This document shows, in pieces, positions 38,007 to 46,797 of a stretch of 50,158 bases of DNA. Source of the stretch: a candidate division WOR-3 bacterium (GTDB lineage: Bacteria; Hydrothermota; Tepidihabitantia; Tepidihabitantales; JAOUPE01); assembly GCA_039801565.1 (NCBI GenBank), contig JBDRUX010000004.1, forward strand, positions 1-50,158. Direction: 5' to 3'. Numbering within the stretch: the first letter of the stretch is position 1; each line of letters begins with the position of its first letter. Below the pieces are notes generated by a model, which was not told the origin of the DNA, ran no database searches, and saw only the letters and a program-made list of their open reading frames with translations. The translations under genes were made by a program, and so were the position numbers.

Positions 38007-38096
38007 AGCAATGTCTGTGCCAACTGTAAGTTATTGATATTTCGTATTATTTTATTTAATTCGCTCGACAAAGCTGTATTTCCGACAAATTTGTCG
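38007..38096 (-). promoter_or_regulatory. Sigma54 promoter with IHF site and palindromic upstream activator site
   Basis: TGGCAC-N5-TTGCT at 38022-38007. TATCAA-TAAC-TTA at 38039-38027 fits the IHF consensus WATCAAN4TTR. Palindrome CGACAAATTTGTCG at 38083-38096. Confidence 0.85.
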
Positions 38097-38160
38097 AATT
38101 TGCGTATGCAATTGGTGTATGTTATAAGATAGGTTAAAGGGAATAAATAAAAGAAACTTA

Positions 38161-38760
38161 TTATCGGCTATATCGCTCTTCGCGCCAAGGGTCACCATGA
38201 TTATGGTAGCCCCGTGATTCCCAAAATCCTAACTTATCCTCTGCCATAAATTCGATTCCATTCACCCATTTAGCACTCTTCCATAAATAGAGTCTTGGCA
38301 CAACCAATCTTACCGGATAGCCGTGTTCTAAGGTTATTGGTTCGTTATTATACTTTACTGCCAAAACGACATCGGGTTGGAAGAAATCTTCAAAGGATAG
38401 GTTAGTCGAATAACCATCAGCACTATGAATCATAACGAATTTCGCTTCAGGTAAAATATCTACTAATTTCCGGATTTCGTTTGGACTTACGCCTTCCCAA
38501 AGGTTATTCAATTTTGACCAACCGGTCACACAATGAATATCGGATAATACCTTCACTCTTGGCAAACTCATAAATTCATCAAAACTGACTTTTCTTTCCT
38601 TTGCTACTAAGCCAAAAATCCTTAAGGTCCATCTCTTCCTATCAAATTTTGGTATCCCATTAAAATGGAGAACTGGGAAGTCTTCGACTAATCGTTGTCC
38701 GGGTGGAACACGATTCTTCTTTTCGGTATCCGGGCTACGAATTATATCTTTATCTTCCAT
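38161..38760 (-). CDS. Sulfite-oxidase-like molybdopterin oxidoreductase (YuiH-like)
   Basis: RVPPGQ, DIHCVTGWSK, EHGYPVRLVVP.LY.WKSAKW and GFWE..GYH..GDPW.EER motifs. Confidence 0.9.
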   Translation of the reverse strand: MEDKDIIRSPDTEKKNRVPPGQRLVEDFPVLHFNGIPKFDRKRWTLRIFGLVAKERKVSFDEFMSLPRVKVLSDIHCVTGWSKLNNLWEGVSPNEIRKLVDILPEAKFVMIHSADGYSTNLSFEDFFQPDVVLAVKYNNEPITLEHGYPVRLVVPRLYLWKSAKWVNGIEFMAEDKLGFWESRGYHNHGDPWREERYSR

Positions 38761-38766
38761 CCTTAA

Positions 38767-38795
38767 AGCTTAAAAACAAAATTGACCATAGTCAA
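38767..38795 (-). promoter_or_regulatory. Putative sigma70 promoter, leaderless geometry
   Basis: TTGACT-17-TAAGCT-6 nt-ATG(38760). Confidence 0.6.
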
Positions 38796-38840
38796 GTTTA
38801 ATTCAAGCACGCATTTAAAAAACATCTTAGGCAAGATTGC

Positions 38841-38868
38841 TTGACAATTGCTTAAAATCGAGTATGCT
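38841..38868 (+). promoter_or_regulatory. Putative sigma70 promoter of metG, leaderless geometry
   Basis: TTGACA-16-TATGCT-7 nt-ATG(38876). Confidence 0.6.
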
Positions 38869-38875
38869 AAACCTA

Positions 38876-40876
38876 ATGAAAATCTTAGTTACCAGTGCCT
38901 TACCTTATGCTAATGGCGATATTCATCTTGGTCATTTAGCGGGTTGCTACCTGCCAGCAGATATCTATGTCCGTTATCAGCGGCTAAAAGAGCGGGATAT
39001 AGTTTTCATCTGTGGCACCGATGAACATGGTGTCCCGATTACCCTTGCTGCCGAATTACAAAAGAAATCACCGCAAGAGATTGTTGATAAGTATTATCAA
39101 AGCATCAAAGATTCGTTCATTAAATTTGGCATCGAATTTGATAATTTCTCCCGGACCTCTTTGCCTTTACATCACAAAACTGCCCAAGATTTCTTTTTAA
39201 AGATTTACCAAAAGGGTTATATCTATCCCAAAACGATTAAGCAGTTCTTTTGTCCGAACTGTCGGATGTTTTTGGCTGACCGTTATGTGGAAGGCGTTTG
39301 TCCCCATTGTCATAAGACCGGTGCCCGGGGCGATCAGTGTGAGAGTTGTGGGCGTTGGCTCGAACCGTTCTTATTAATTGAACCAAGATGCAAAACCTGT
39401 GGCGCTACGCCAGAAGGTAGAGAGACAACCCATTGGTTCTTTGCCTTAAGCCGTTTTCAGGATCAACTCCAAGCCTGGATTGGCGAAAAGACCCATTGGA
39501 AAGACAATGTCAAAAAGTTCTGTGAAGGCTGGTTTGCCCAAGGTTTAGAGGACCGAGCAATCACCAGGGATTTGACCTGGGGTGTAAAAGTGCCATTAAA
39601 AGAAGCCGAAGGTAAAGTGATGTATGTCTGGTTTGATGCCCCAATCGGCTATATCTCTTCAACCAAAGAATGGGCAGAACGGATTGGCAAACCCGAAATT
39701 TGGCAAGATTACTGGCTCGATTCGACGACTAAAATGGTTCATTTCATCGGCAAGGACAATATTGTCTTTCATGCGATTGTTTGGCCAGCAATGCTTTTGG
39801 CACACGGTGATTATATCTTGCCGGCTGAGATTCCGGCTAATGAATTTTTAAACTTAGAGGGTAGAAAACTTTCGACCTCAGAGAATTGGGCGGTCTGGCT
39901 ACCAGAATATCTAAAAGAATTCGAACCGGACTCTTTGCGCTATGCCTTGGCTTGCAATCTACCTGAGAACCGGGATATTGATTTTACCTGGTATGACTTC
40001 TGGTCGCGTCACAATAATGAATTGGCCGATATTTTGGGCAATTTTGTTAATCGAGTTCTTTTATTCATCAAGAATAACTTCCAAGGCAAAATCCCGAAGA
40101 GTACCGATTATCGCAACGAAGACCAAGAGGTTTTGACGACCATTGAGAATACAACCGGTATCTTAGGTGAGCTGATTGAGAAATTTCAGATTAAGGATGC
40201 GGTAAGGGTAGCGATGAATCTACCCGCATTAGGCAATCGTTATTTTGATTACCAGGCACCTTGGCGAACCTTAAAAGAAAATCCCAAGCACTGCGCATTG
40301 ACAATCAACACTTGCGCAAAGTTAATCTCAAGTTTAGAAATCTTACTTCAACCTTTTATCCCATTCACTACCAATAAGATTCGGACAATGTTAGGATTAG
40401 GCAAACGGACCTGGGACGAAGCAAAAAATCCGGTCCTACCAGACCGAATTGAAAAAATCGAAGTTCTATTTCCCAAGATTGAGAAGAGTAAAATCGATGC
40501 CCAGGTAGCAAAATTGGGTAAAAAGAAAGAAAAAGAAGAAAAGGAGAAAAAGATGGATATAACAATTGATGATTTCAAAAAATTAGACTTACGGGTTGCC
40601 AAAATCATTGGTGCCGAGAAAGTTGCCGGCACGGATAAGTTAGTGAAGATGGCTATTGATTTAGGCAGCGAGCGGCGTCAGATTGTGGCTGGAATTGGCC
40701 AGGTTTATCCACCAGAAACTTTAGTCGGTAAGACTATCATCATCGTTGCCAATCTAACCAAAGCCAAGATTCGGGGTGTTGAATCCCACGGTATGCTCTT
40801 AGCTGCCGTCGAAGGCAACAATATCGCGCTTTTGACCTTGGATAAAGAATTAAGCCCAGGCAGTCCAGTATCATAG
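38876..40876 (+). CDS. metG: Methionine--tRNA ligase with C-terminal tRNA-binding domain
   Basis: Start ATG 38876 (MKILVTSALPYANG). HLGH, Zn-knuckle cysteines, YVWFDAP, KLSTS and a C-terminal Trbp111-like domain. Confidence 0.97.
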   Translation: MKILVTSALPYANGDIHLGHLAGCYLPADIYVRYQRLKERDIVFICGTDEHGVPITLAAELQKKSPQEIVDKYYQSIKDSFIKFGIEFDNFSRTSLPLHHKTAQDFFLKIYQKGYIYPKTIKQFFCPNCRMFLADRYVEGVCPHCHKTGARGDQCESCGRWLEPFLLIEPRCKTCGATPEGRETTHWFFALSRFQDQLQAWIGEKTHWKDNVKKFCEGWFAQGLEDRAITRDLTWGVKVPLKEAEGKVMYVWFDAPIGYISSTKEWAERIGKPEIWQDYWLDSTTKMVHFIGKDNIVFHAIVWPAMLLAHGDYILPAEIPANEFLNLEGRKLSTSENWAVWLPEYLKEFEPDSLRYALACNLPENRDIDFTWYDFWSRHNNELADILGNFVNRVLLFIKNNFQGKIPKSTDYRNEDQEVLTTIENTTGILGELIEKFQIKDAVRVAMNLPALGNRYFDYQAPWRTLKENPKHCALTINTCAKLISSLEILLQPFIPFTTNKIRTMLGLGKRTWDEAKNPVLPDRIEKIEVLFPKIEKSKIDAQVAKLGKKKEKEEKEKKMDITIDDFKKLDLRVAKIIGAEKVAGTDKLVKMAIDLGSERRQIVAGIGQVYPPETLVGKTIIIVANLTKAKIRGVESHGMLLAAVEGNNIALLTLDKELSPGSPVS

Positions 40877-40878
40877 TT

Positions 40879-40920
40879 GAATTTAGAATTTAGAAATTCG
40901 AATTTCGAAATTGGGAATTA
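40879..40920. repeat. Heptamer repeat (GAAWTTH-like x6) between metG and tatD
   Basis: gaattta gaattta gaaattc gaatttc gaaattg ggaatta. Confidence 0.75.
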
Positions 40921-41675
40921 TATTTGATTCCCACTGCCACTTAACTGACCGGGCTTACTCTTCGGATTTAGAAGAAGTCATCAAACGGGCAAAAGATGCT
41001 GGGGTCAAATACCTTTTAACGGTTGGGCTCAATCGCCAAGACAGCGTCAAAAGCCTGAAGTTGTGTCACCAGTTCGAATCCATCTATTGTAGTTTAGGAG
41101 TTCATCCTCACGATGCTGACAAATTTACCGAAGCCGACCTAAAGGAATTTAACAATTTAAGCCAAGACAGCAAGGTCGAGGCGATTGGTGAGACTGGGCT
41201 CGATTTCTTTCGCAATTATTCGAAACCCGAAAATCAAGAACGAGCCTTTCGCGCTCAAATTGATTTGGCGCGCGAATTGAATCTACCTTTAGTGATTCAC
41301 ATTCGGGATGCCTATCCTCAAGCTCTAAAAATCCTAAAAGAAAAAAAATATTTTCGTGGCGTACTCCATTGTTATTCTGGTGACGAAGCATTTGCCAAAG
41401 AAGCGATAAGCTTAGGTTTCTATATCTCAATCTCTGGTTCGATAACCTATGATAGCAAAAAACTAAAATCGGTAGTGAAGCAAATCCCAAAAGAACGGTT
41501 ACTGGTTGAGACCGATGCCCCTTACCTGGCACCGGTTCCTTATCGTGGTAAAAGGAATGAACCGGCTTTTATCCGCTTTACTTTACAGACAATAGCCCAA
41601 ATCTTAAATCAAGACTATGCCCTTCTTGCCCAAATTACAACCGAAAACGCCAAACAATGCTTTGGAATATTGTAA
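40911..41675 (+). CDS. tatD: TatD family hydrolase
   Basis: DSHCHL, GVHPH, AIGETGLD, VIHIRDA, LHCYSG and VETDAPYLAP motifs. Confidence 0.95.
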   Translation: MGIIFDSHCHLTDRAYSSDLEEVIKRAKDAGVKYLLTVGLNRQDSVKSLKLCHQFESIYCSLGVHPHDADKFTEADLKEFNNLSQDSKVEAIGETGLDFFRNYSKPENQERAFRAQIDLARELNLPLVIHIRDAYPQALKILKEKKYFRGVLHCYSGDEAFAKEAISLGFYISISGSITYDSKKLKSVVKQIPKERLLVETDAPYLAPVPYRGKRNEPAFIRFTLQTIAQILNQDYALLAQITTENAKQCFGIL

Positions 41676-41783
41676 CTTTACCCACAGAGAAATTGGTTGT
41701 TAGATGTTAGTTATCAGTCCAAAAACCAACAACCAAAAACTGATATTGCTGCGGTTAAAAAAATCTTTGGTATCTGAGTCTTA

Positions 41784-42566
41784 ATGGCTAAATTTCGTCC
41801 CAAAAAGCAACTCGGTCAAACCTTTCTCACTTACCAACCGATTGCCGAACAATTAGTAAATGCTTTAAATCTAACTATTAACGATGAAGTTTTAGAAATC
41901 GGTGCTGGTAAAGGAATTTTAACGGAAAAGTTAGTTCAGAAGGCAAAATATGTCTATGCGGTAGAGATTGATAAGCGATTAGTGGAAAAACTGAAAGAAA
42001 AACTTGGCAACTATAATAACCTTGAAATCATCCATCAAGATATTCTAAGATATGACCTTTCCAGGCATCGGCAATTAAAAATCATCGGCAATATTCCCTA
42101 TTCGCTTTCTTCGCCAATTCTATTCTATCTCTTGCAAAATCGGCAGTTTTGGAATAGCGCAATTTTGACCTTACAAAAGGAGTTTGCCGAGCGGATTTTA
42201 GCCCAACCGAGCACAAAAGAATACGGAGCATTAACAGTCATTTTCAACCTTTATACTGAAGCAAAAAAGTTATTCAACATTCCACCTATTTATTTCCGAC
42301 CCAAGCCCAAAGTCTTTTCCACAGCAGTAATATTAAAAGTTCGCCAGCAACCATTATTGCCGATACCGGACGAGAAATTTTTTATCCAAGTTGTAAAGTC
42401 GGCATTTCGTCAACGCCGCAAAACCCTGCTCAATAATCTCCATACCTTTTTAGGAATTGATAAGAGCAAATTGACTAAAACCGGCATTGATATGAACCGG
42501 CGCGCTGAGACTTTAACCTTAGCCGAATTCGTTATGCTCTGCAAACAATTGTTTGAAACACAATAA
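41784..42566 (+). CDS. rsmA: 16S rRNA adenine dimethyltransferase
   Basis: KKQLGQTFL, VLEIGAGKG, GNIPY, F.QRRKTL and RRAETL motifs. Confidence 0.95.
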   Translation: MAKFRPKKQLGQTFLTYQPIAEQLVNALNLTINDEVLEIGAGKGILTEKLVQKAKYVYAVEIDKRLVEKLKEKLGNYNNLEIIHQDILRYDLSRHRQLKIIGNIPYSLSSPILFYLLQNRQFWNSAILTLQKEFAERILAQPSTKEYGALTVIFNLYTEAKKLFNIPPIYFRPKPKVFSTAVILKVRQQPLLPIPDEKFFIQVVKSAFRQRRKTLLNNLHTFLGIDKSKLTKTGIDMNRRAETLTLAEFVMLCKQLFETQ

Positions 42567-42599
42567 CCTTAACGACCGAAGTTCGACCAAGTTGAATTC

Positions 42600-43190
42600 T
42601 TAAAGATTTTCTTTTAATCGGCTTCGGGACTTAGTATCTGGTGGCAATAAATTTAAACTTTCGACCATCGCTGAACTCAAACTTCCTTCACTGGTTACTT
42701 GATAGATTGCCCGTTGGACGGTAAAGACATTATCCGCACTAAGCTTTTTATCCTTTACAATATCAATTATTCTTAACAAATCGGGATGATTGGTTATTGG
42801 GCCAATCTGGAAAAAATCCGAATCGCCAGGTAATGCTTTAAATTCGTTAACACTAAATGCACCAATGGTAAAAGTGTCGGTATTACTGGTAACGGTGATG
42901 CCAAAGTCTTTAACAATAATCATATTTTGCACTTTGGGATTTTGGCTAATAAAAAAGAGACCAGCGGGTAAGATAGCGGTTTCCGGGTTGTTGGATTTAC
43001 TACGAGCGATAAAATCTAAAGAGAACGTCCCAGTTGGATTATAACGAGTCAAACTTTTTTGAATTCGAATCAATTCGATACCCGGGTTCAGTGTATAAGA
43101 GTCGCCGGTTGGCACAAAATCTCTTTCTTTTAAAAAATCACACGCCAGAAAAAGAATCATTGCCAGTAATAACCGATAACTTCTTTTCAT
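42600..43190 (-). CDS. Hypothetical lipoprotein
   Basis: Likely start ATG 43190: MKRSYRLLLAMILFLA-C lipobox. Confidence 0.65.
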   Translation of the reverse strand: MKRSYRLLLAMILFLACDFLKERDFVPTGDSYTLNPGIELIRIQKSLTRYNPTGTFSLDFIARSKSNNPETAILPAGLFFISQNPKVQNMIIVKDFGITVTSNTDTFTIGAFSVNEFKALPGDSDFFQIGPITNHPDLLRIIDIVKDKKLSADNVFTVQRAIYQVTSEGSLSSAMVESLNLLPPDTKSRSRLKENL

Positions 43191-43236
43191 CCGTTTTACC
43201 ATCTGACAAATGCGGCAGGCAGATAACCCATTAGTT

Positions 43237-44205
43237 TCATTCGAGAGCGCTCGAAAGGATTCGTAGGACCAATTCATCATAACTTATACCAATCGCCCGG
43301 GCTTCAGCCGGTAGGTCAGAAAGTTCGGTCATCCCAGGCAAAGTGTTAACTTCTAAGAAATAAGGATAGCGATTTTTGTTCACCACCAAATCAATTCTCG
43401 ATAACCCCCGACAGCCAATAACCCGATGCGCCGTAAGCGCAAAATCTTCAATCTGTTTTGTCACTTTTTTGGATAAGCGTGCTGGAATTATGAATTCGGT
43501 TTCACCCTTGGTATATTTTGCTTTATAATCATAAAATTCTTGTTTTTTCGGGACTAATTCCAGAATTGGCAAAACTTTTTCGCCAACAATCCCAACCGTC
43601 GCAATCATCCCTTCGATGAATTGTTCTAAAAAAACCTCGCCAAATCTCTGGCAACTCCTTTTAATTATCAATGGCAACAACTTCGGATTGGACGAACGAA
43701 TTAATCGAATGCCAACACTTGAACCTTCGTATCTCGGCTTAAGCATCATTGGATAACCAAATCGTCTTTCCGCTTCGGTAATAGCCATTCGCAATTCGGA
43801 ATGCGGGATGCGGGATGCGGGATGCGGAATTGGGACATAATCCGGTGTTGGAATTCTTGCTACTTGGAATAATCGTTTGGTCGTGACCTTGTCCATTCCA
43901 ATTGCCGAAGCCATAACCCCTGAACCAGTATAAGGAATTCCTTTCAATTCTAAGAACCCTTGAATCGTGCCATCCTCGCCGGGTTTGCCATGGAGAGCAA
44001 TAAATGCAATATCAATCTTGGCTTTTTCAATTTGCTGGGCAAAATTTTTATTAATATCAATACCAACACAATTGAACCCTTGGCGTTGGAGGGATTCGCA
44101 AATATTTTTCCCGGAAAGCAAAGATATTTCCCGTTCGCTTGACCAACCACCCATTAACACACCAATTCGTTTTCTCTTTAGCGCTCGAATTATTTTTTCG
44201 GTCAT
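43237..44205 (-). CDS. ddl: D-alanine--D-alanine ligase
   Basis: GGWSSEREISL, LHGKPGEDGTIQG, GSSVG, FYDYKAKY and EVNTLPGMT motifs. Confidence 0.96.
   Translation of the reverse strand: MTEKIIRALKRKRIGVLMGGWSSEREISLLSGKNICESLQRQGFNCVGIDINKNFAQQIEKAKIDIAFIALHGKPGEDGTIQGFLELKGIPYTGSGVMASAIGMDKVTTKRLFQVARIPTPDYVPIPHPASRIPHSELRMAITEAERRFGYPMMLKPRYEGSSVGIRLIRSSNPKLLPLIIKRSCQRFGEVFLEQFIEGMIATVGIVGEKVLPILELVPKKQEFYDYKAKYTKGETEFIIPARLSKKVTKQIEDFALTAHRVIGCRGLSRIDLVVNKNRYPYFLEVNTLPGMTELSDLPAEARAIGISYDELVLRILSSALE
43785..43833. repeat. Heptamer repeat (GGATGCG-like x7) inside ddl
   Basis: ccattcg caattcg gaatgcg ggatgcg ggatgcg ggatgcg gaattgg; encodes PIPHPASRIPHSELRM. Confidence 0.85.
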
Positions 44206-44211
44206 AACTGA

Positions 44212-44240
44212 ATTATAATGAGTGAATAAATAACTGTCAA
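44212..44240 (-). promoter_or_regulatory. Consensus sigma70 promoter of ddl, leaderless geometry
   Basis: TTGACA-17-TATAAT-6 nt-ATG(44205). Confidence 0.8.
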
Positions 44241-44322
44241 ACTGAAAGGGAATTGATAAGTTTTGAATTTGGGATTTAATTCTAAACTGGAATTTCGAAA
44301 TTCAGAATTGTTGTTTGGTGCA

Positions 44323-45163
44323 TTAAGGACTTTTGACATAAGTCACTACCGGCTTAGCATATACCGCCGCCCCGAATAGCCCAACTGCCCCCTGAAGATT
44401 ACCACCACTTAAGAATAAATCCAACGAACCTTTTTTCCAAGCTCCATTGATTGCCATAAGCGTGAAGGTATACTCTCCTGGGTAAAAGTCACCCAATGTA
44501 TCCATAAAAGCGGTTTGGGGAATTACACAGGAAGTGGAATCCGCTGGAAAATTTTTTTCCCAGCCTTGGGCTTTACTGGTAGTATCAGCGGGCTTGACAC
44601 CAATTATATAGTATTCGGCGCTGTCGCTTTGACTCCAACTGACTCTCACTTCAATGAAGATAAGAGTATCACCGTGGGTTGGCCGAATAATAGAAAAGCT
44701 ATCCGGTAGCACACAACTCCCGGTTATGGTCTCTTTTTCCGTTGCAATATAAAGATTGTAGCGTTGGCAAAATTGTAAATCGAGAGCGGACTTGAAATAA
44801 ACACCGTCAATCTTTTCGGGTAGATTTATCTCATTAATCTTAACCAATGCATCGTTAATTGGTTGCACACCAAAAGGAAAATCATTGCCAAAAAAAAGTA
44901 TCCTCAGGCGATTCCAGAAAAATGTTATACAGTTTCGTCCTGCCCAGTAAGACAGTCGCAGTATTGCTTTCTGGTGCCAAAGTTTTGGCAACCTGAGCGG
45001 TGACAACAGCTGATTCATATTCTTTCTCACATCGAACCAGCCAAAAGAAACTCAAGAAAACCAGTGTGCAAGCTAATCCCCAATTGGCAATTGGCGATTT
45101 TATTGCCCTCAGGGAGTTTAACCGGAATCGGGCCAAAATTGAGACTCTTATAAAAGATTTCAT
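44323..45163 (-). pseudogene. Probable lipoprotein gene frameshifted at a T8 tract
   Basis: ORF 45163-44882 (FFWLVR-C-EKE) and ORF 45030-44323 join into one frame (..EDTFFGNDFPFG..) if the A8 run at 44890-44897 is A7. Confidence 0.7.
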
Positions 45164-46797
45164 TCGTCTTCCTTTTCTTCAACTTCGCCTTTTTCATACT
45201 TTAAAATCCATTTCCTGATTTCGGTTTTGGAATTGGAAAAGGTAAAAGAGGGATACACGGTATGAAAGTTACCTTTATCCACCAATTTGGGATAAACCAT
45301 CTTGCAAGCTTGGATTTTATTGGTTTCAAAGGTGAACAATTTTAAAATGCTGATTAGTTGTTGGCAGGTGAAATAATGGCGGGTTGTGGCATCTTCTAAA
45401 ATTTCCAGTCGAGTGCTTTCAAAACTTTCGTCGGCGAGCGATTCTAAAAGTTTTTGAAAAGCATTTTCCTTTATTGGCTTTGGGGTGGGTTCGTCAACTA
45501 TCACCTTTTCCCTTGGGAATAACGCCTTGATATAAAGGCTATGTTCCGTTCCCGGTTTTATTTCAATCTTCTTTTCCCAGCTACCATCAGCCATTTTGAC
45601 TTCAATCTTATAAAATCCTGGCAACAGTCCTTTTTTAATGGTGGGAATTTCGGTTTCGTGAATTGGTACTTCCGATTTTTCGGTTTTGATTTCAACTTTG
45701 GCGCCTTCGGGTTCAAGAATTTTGAGGAAAGTTTCGCCCGCTGCCGATTTTTGCCGAATCAGCCGATAAGTATTAGTTTCTTCTTTTTCTTCTAATTTGG
45801 CTGTTGCCACCGGGGTTATCGGTTTTTCTTCATCTTTCTTTTCCCAGCCGGTCTCGGTCTTGATGCCGACCTTTTGCCCTGATTTCAGTTCTGCCCCAAT
45901 CAAATCGAGTCTTGCATCAAATTCAACATTCATCTGACCTTTGATTTCGCTACGGTCGATAACTCGGACTAACATTCCTTTTTCGGGTTCAAAATAGAAT
46001 GTACCACTTCCCCTAAACTCAGGCATCATTCTGCTAATTTCTGATACTCCTCCCATCTCTTCTGGCATACCGGGCATTCCTTCCATCATTTCTTTGCCAG
46101 AAAATTTAAAGTTGGCATTTAGTATTACACAGTCGTAAGTATCAATTTTTGCAATATTGTCAAATGAAAACTCGGCTTTAACTCCTGCCCTTGTGAAATT
46201 CCATTTTTCGCCCAATGTCACCGGCTGGTCGGGCAAATACACTGGATGGAAGATACCATCGGGGTCGTATTGAGTTAAAACCGTATTGTCACTAATTGTC
46301 CATTTGAGTGCGGCTGGTGATTTAAAAAACTTGCGCATCGCCTCTTTCGCCTTCGGGTCAGCTACATTTGCCAATTCAAACACCCATACCCCGCTCACCA
46401 GTTGGCGTTGGAGAACATAAGTCTCACCATTCGGTTTAATGTATAACAGAAGATTCTTGATTAATTCCTTAGCCGGTACCTCTTTACCATTAACTGTTCC
46501 TTTGGTATAAACAATTCGGACAATTGCCGCCCCATCCTCAGGCTGGAGGTCAGAACTTTTCGCCTTAAAGGTTCCTAACGGCGTTTGAAAAGTAAAACTG
46601 GCCTCACCTGGGGTATAGAGTTTTTCCACAATCTGGTCATAAAAGAACTCTTGTGTGCCAAACTGCGGCGACTTAACGGTCAACTTATAATGATAGACAT
46701 CGCCTTCCTGCCATTTATAGCATAAAAGATAGGATTGGGCTTCTATAGTCGAGAAAATTCCGATAATTAATAGAATTAATGCCTTTTTATTTTTCAT
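45160..46797 (-). CDS. Secreted protein with C-terminal DUF4476-like domain
   Basis: Signal peptide. C-terminal FQKLL..ESFESTRL..FTCQQ..LFTFETNK..YPKLVD..F.F helical domain. The DUF number is recalled from memory. Confidence 0.7.
   Translation of the reverse strand: MKNKKALILLIIGIFSTIEAQSYLLCYKWQEGDVYHYKLTVKSPQFGTQEFFYDQIVEKLYTPGEASFTFQTPLGTFKAKSSDLQPEDGAAIVRIVYTKGTVNGKEVPAKELIKNLLLYIKPNGETYVLQRQLVSGVWVFELANVADPKAKEAMRKFFKSPAALKWTISDNTVLTQYDPDGIFHPVYLPDQPVTLGEKWNFTRAGVKAEFSFDNIAKIDTYDCVILNANFKFSGKEMMEGMPGMPEEMGGVSEISRMMPEFRGSGTFYFEPEKGMLVRVIDRSEIKGQMNVEFDARLDLIGAELKSGQKVGIKTETGWEKKDEEKPITPVATAKLEEKEETNTYRLIRQKSAAGETFLKILEPEGAKVEIKTEKSEVPIHETEIPTIKKGLLPGFYKIEVKMADGSWEKKIEIKPGTEHSLYIKALFPREKVIVDEPTPKPIKENAFQKLLESLADESFESTRLEILEDATTRHYFTCQQLISILKLFTFETNKIQACKMVYPKLVDKGNFHTVYPSFTFSNSKTEIRKWILKYEKGEVEEKEDE

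Noticed and set aside
38837-38875. N-terminal extension of MetG from TTG 38837 (similarly 31751, 43280, 48046, 49556, 9164, 22793)
   Set aside because: The extensions overlap promoters, hairpins or neighbouring genes; downstream starts fit family N-termini, signal peptides or SD sites better.
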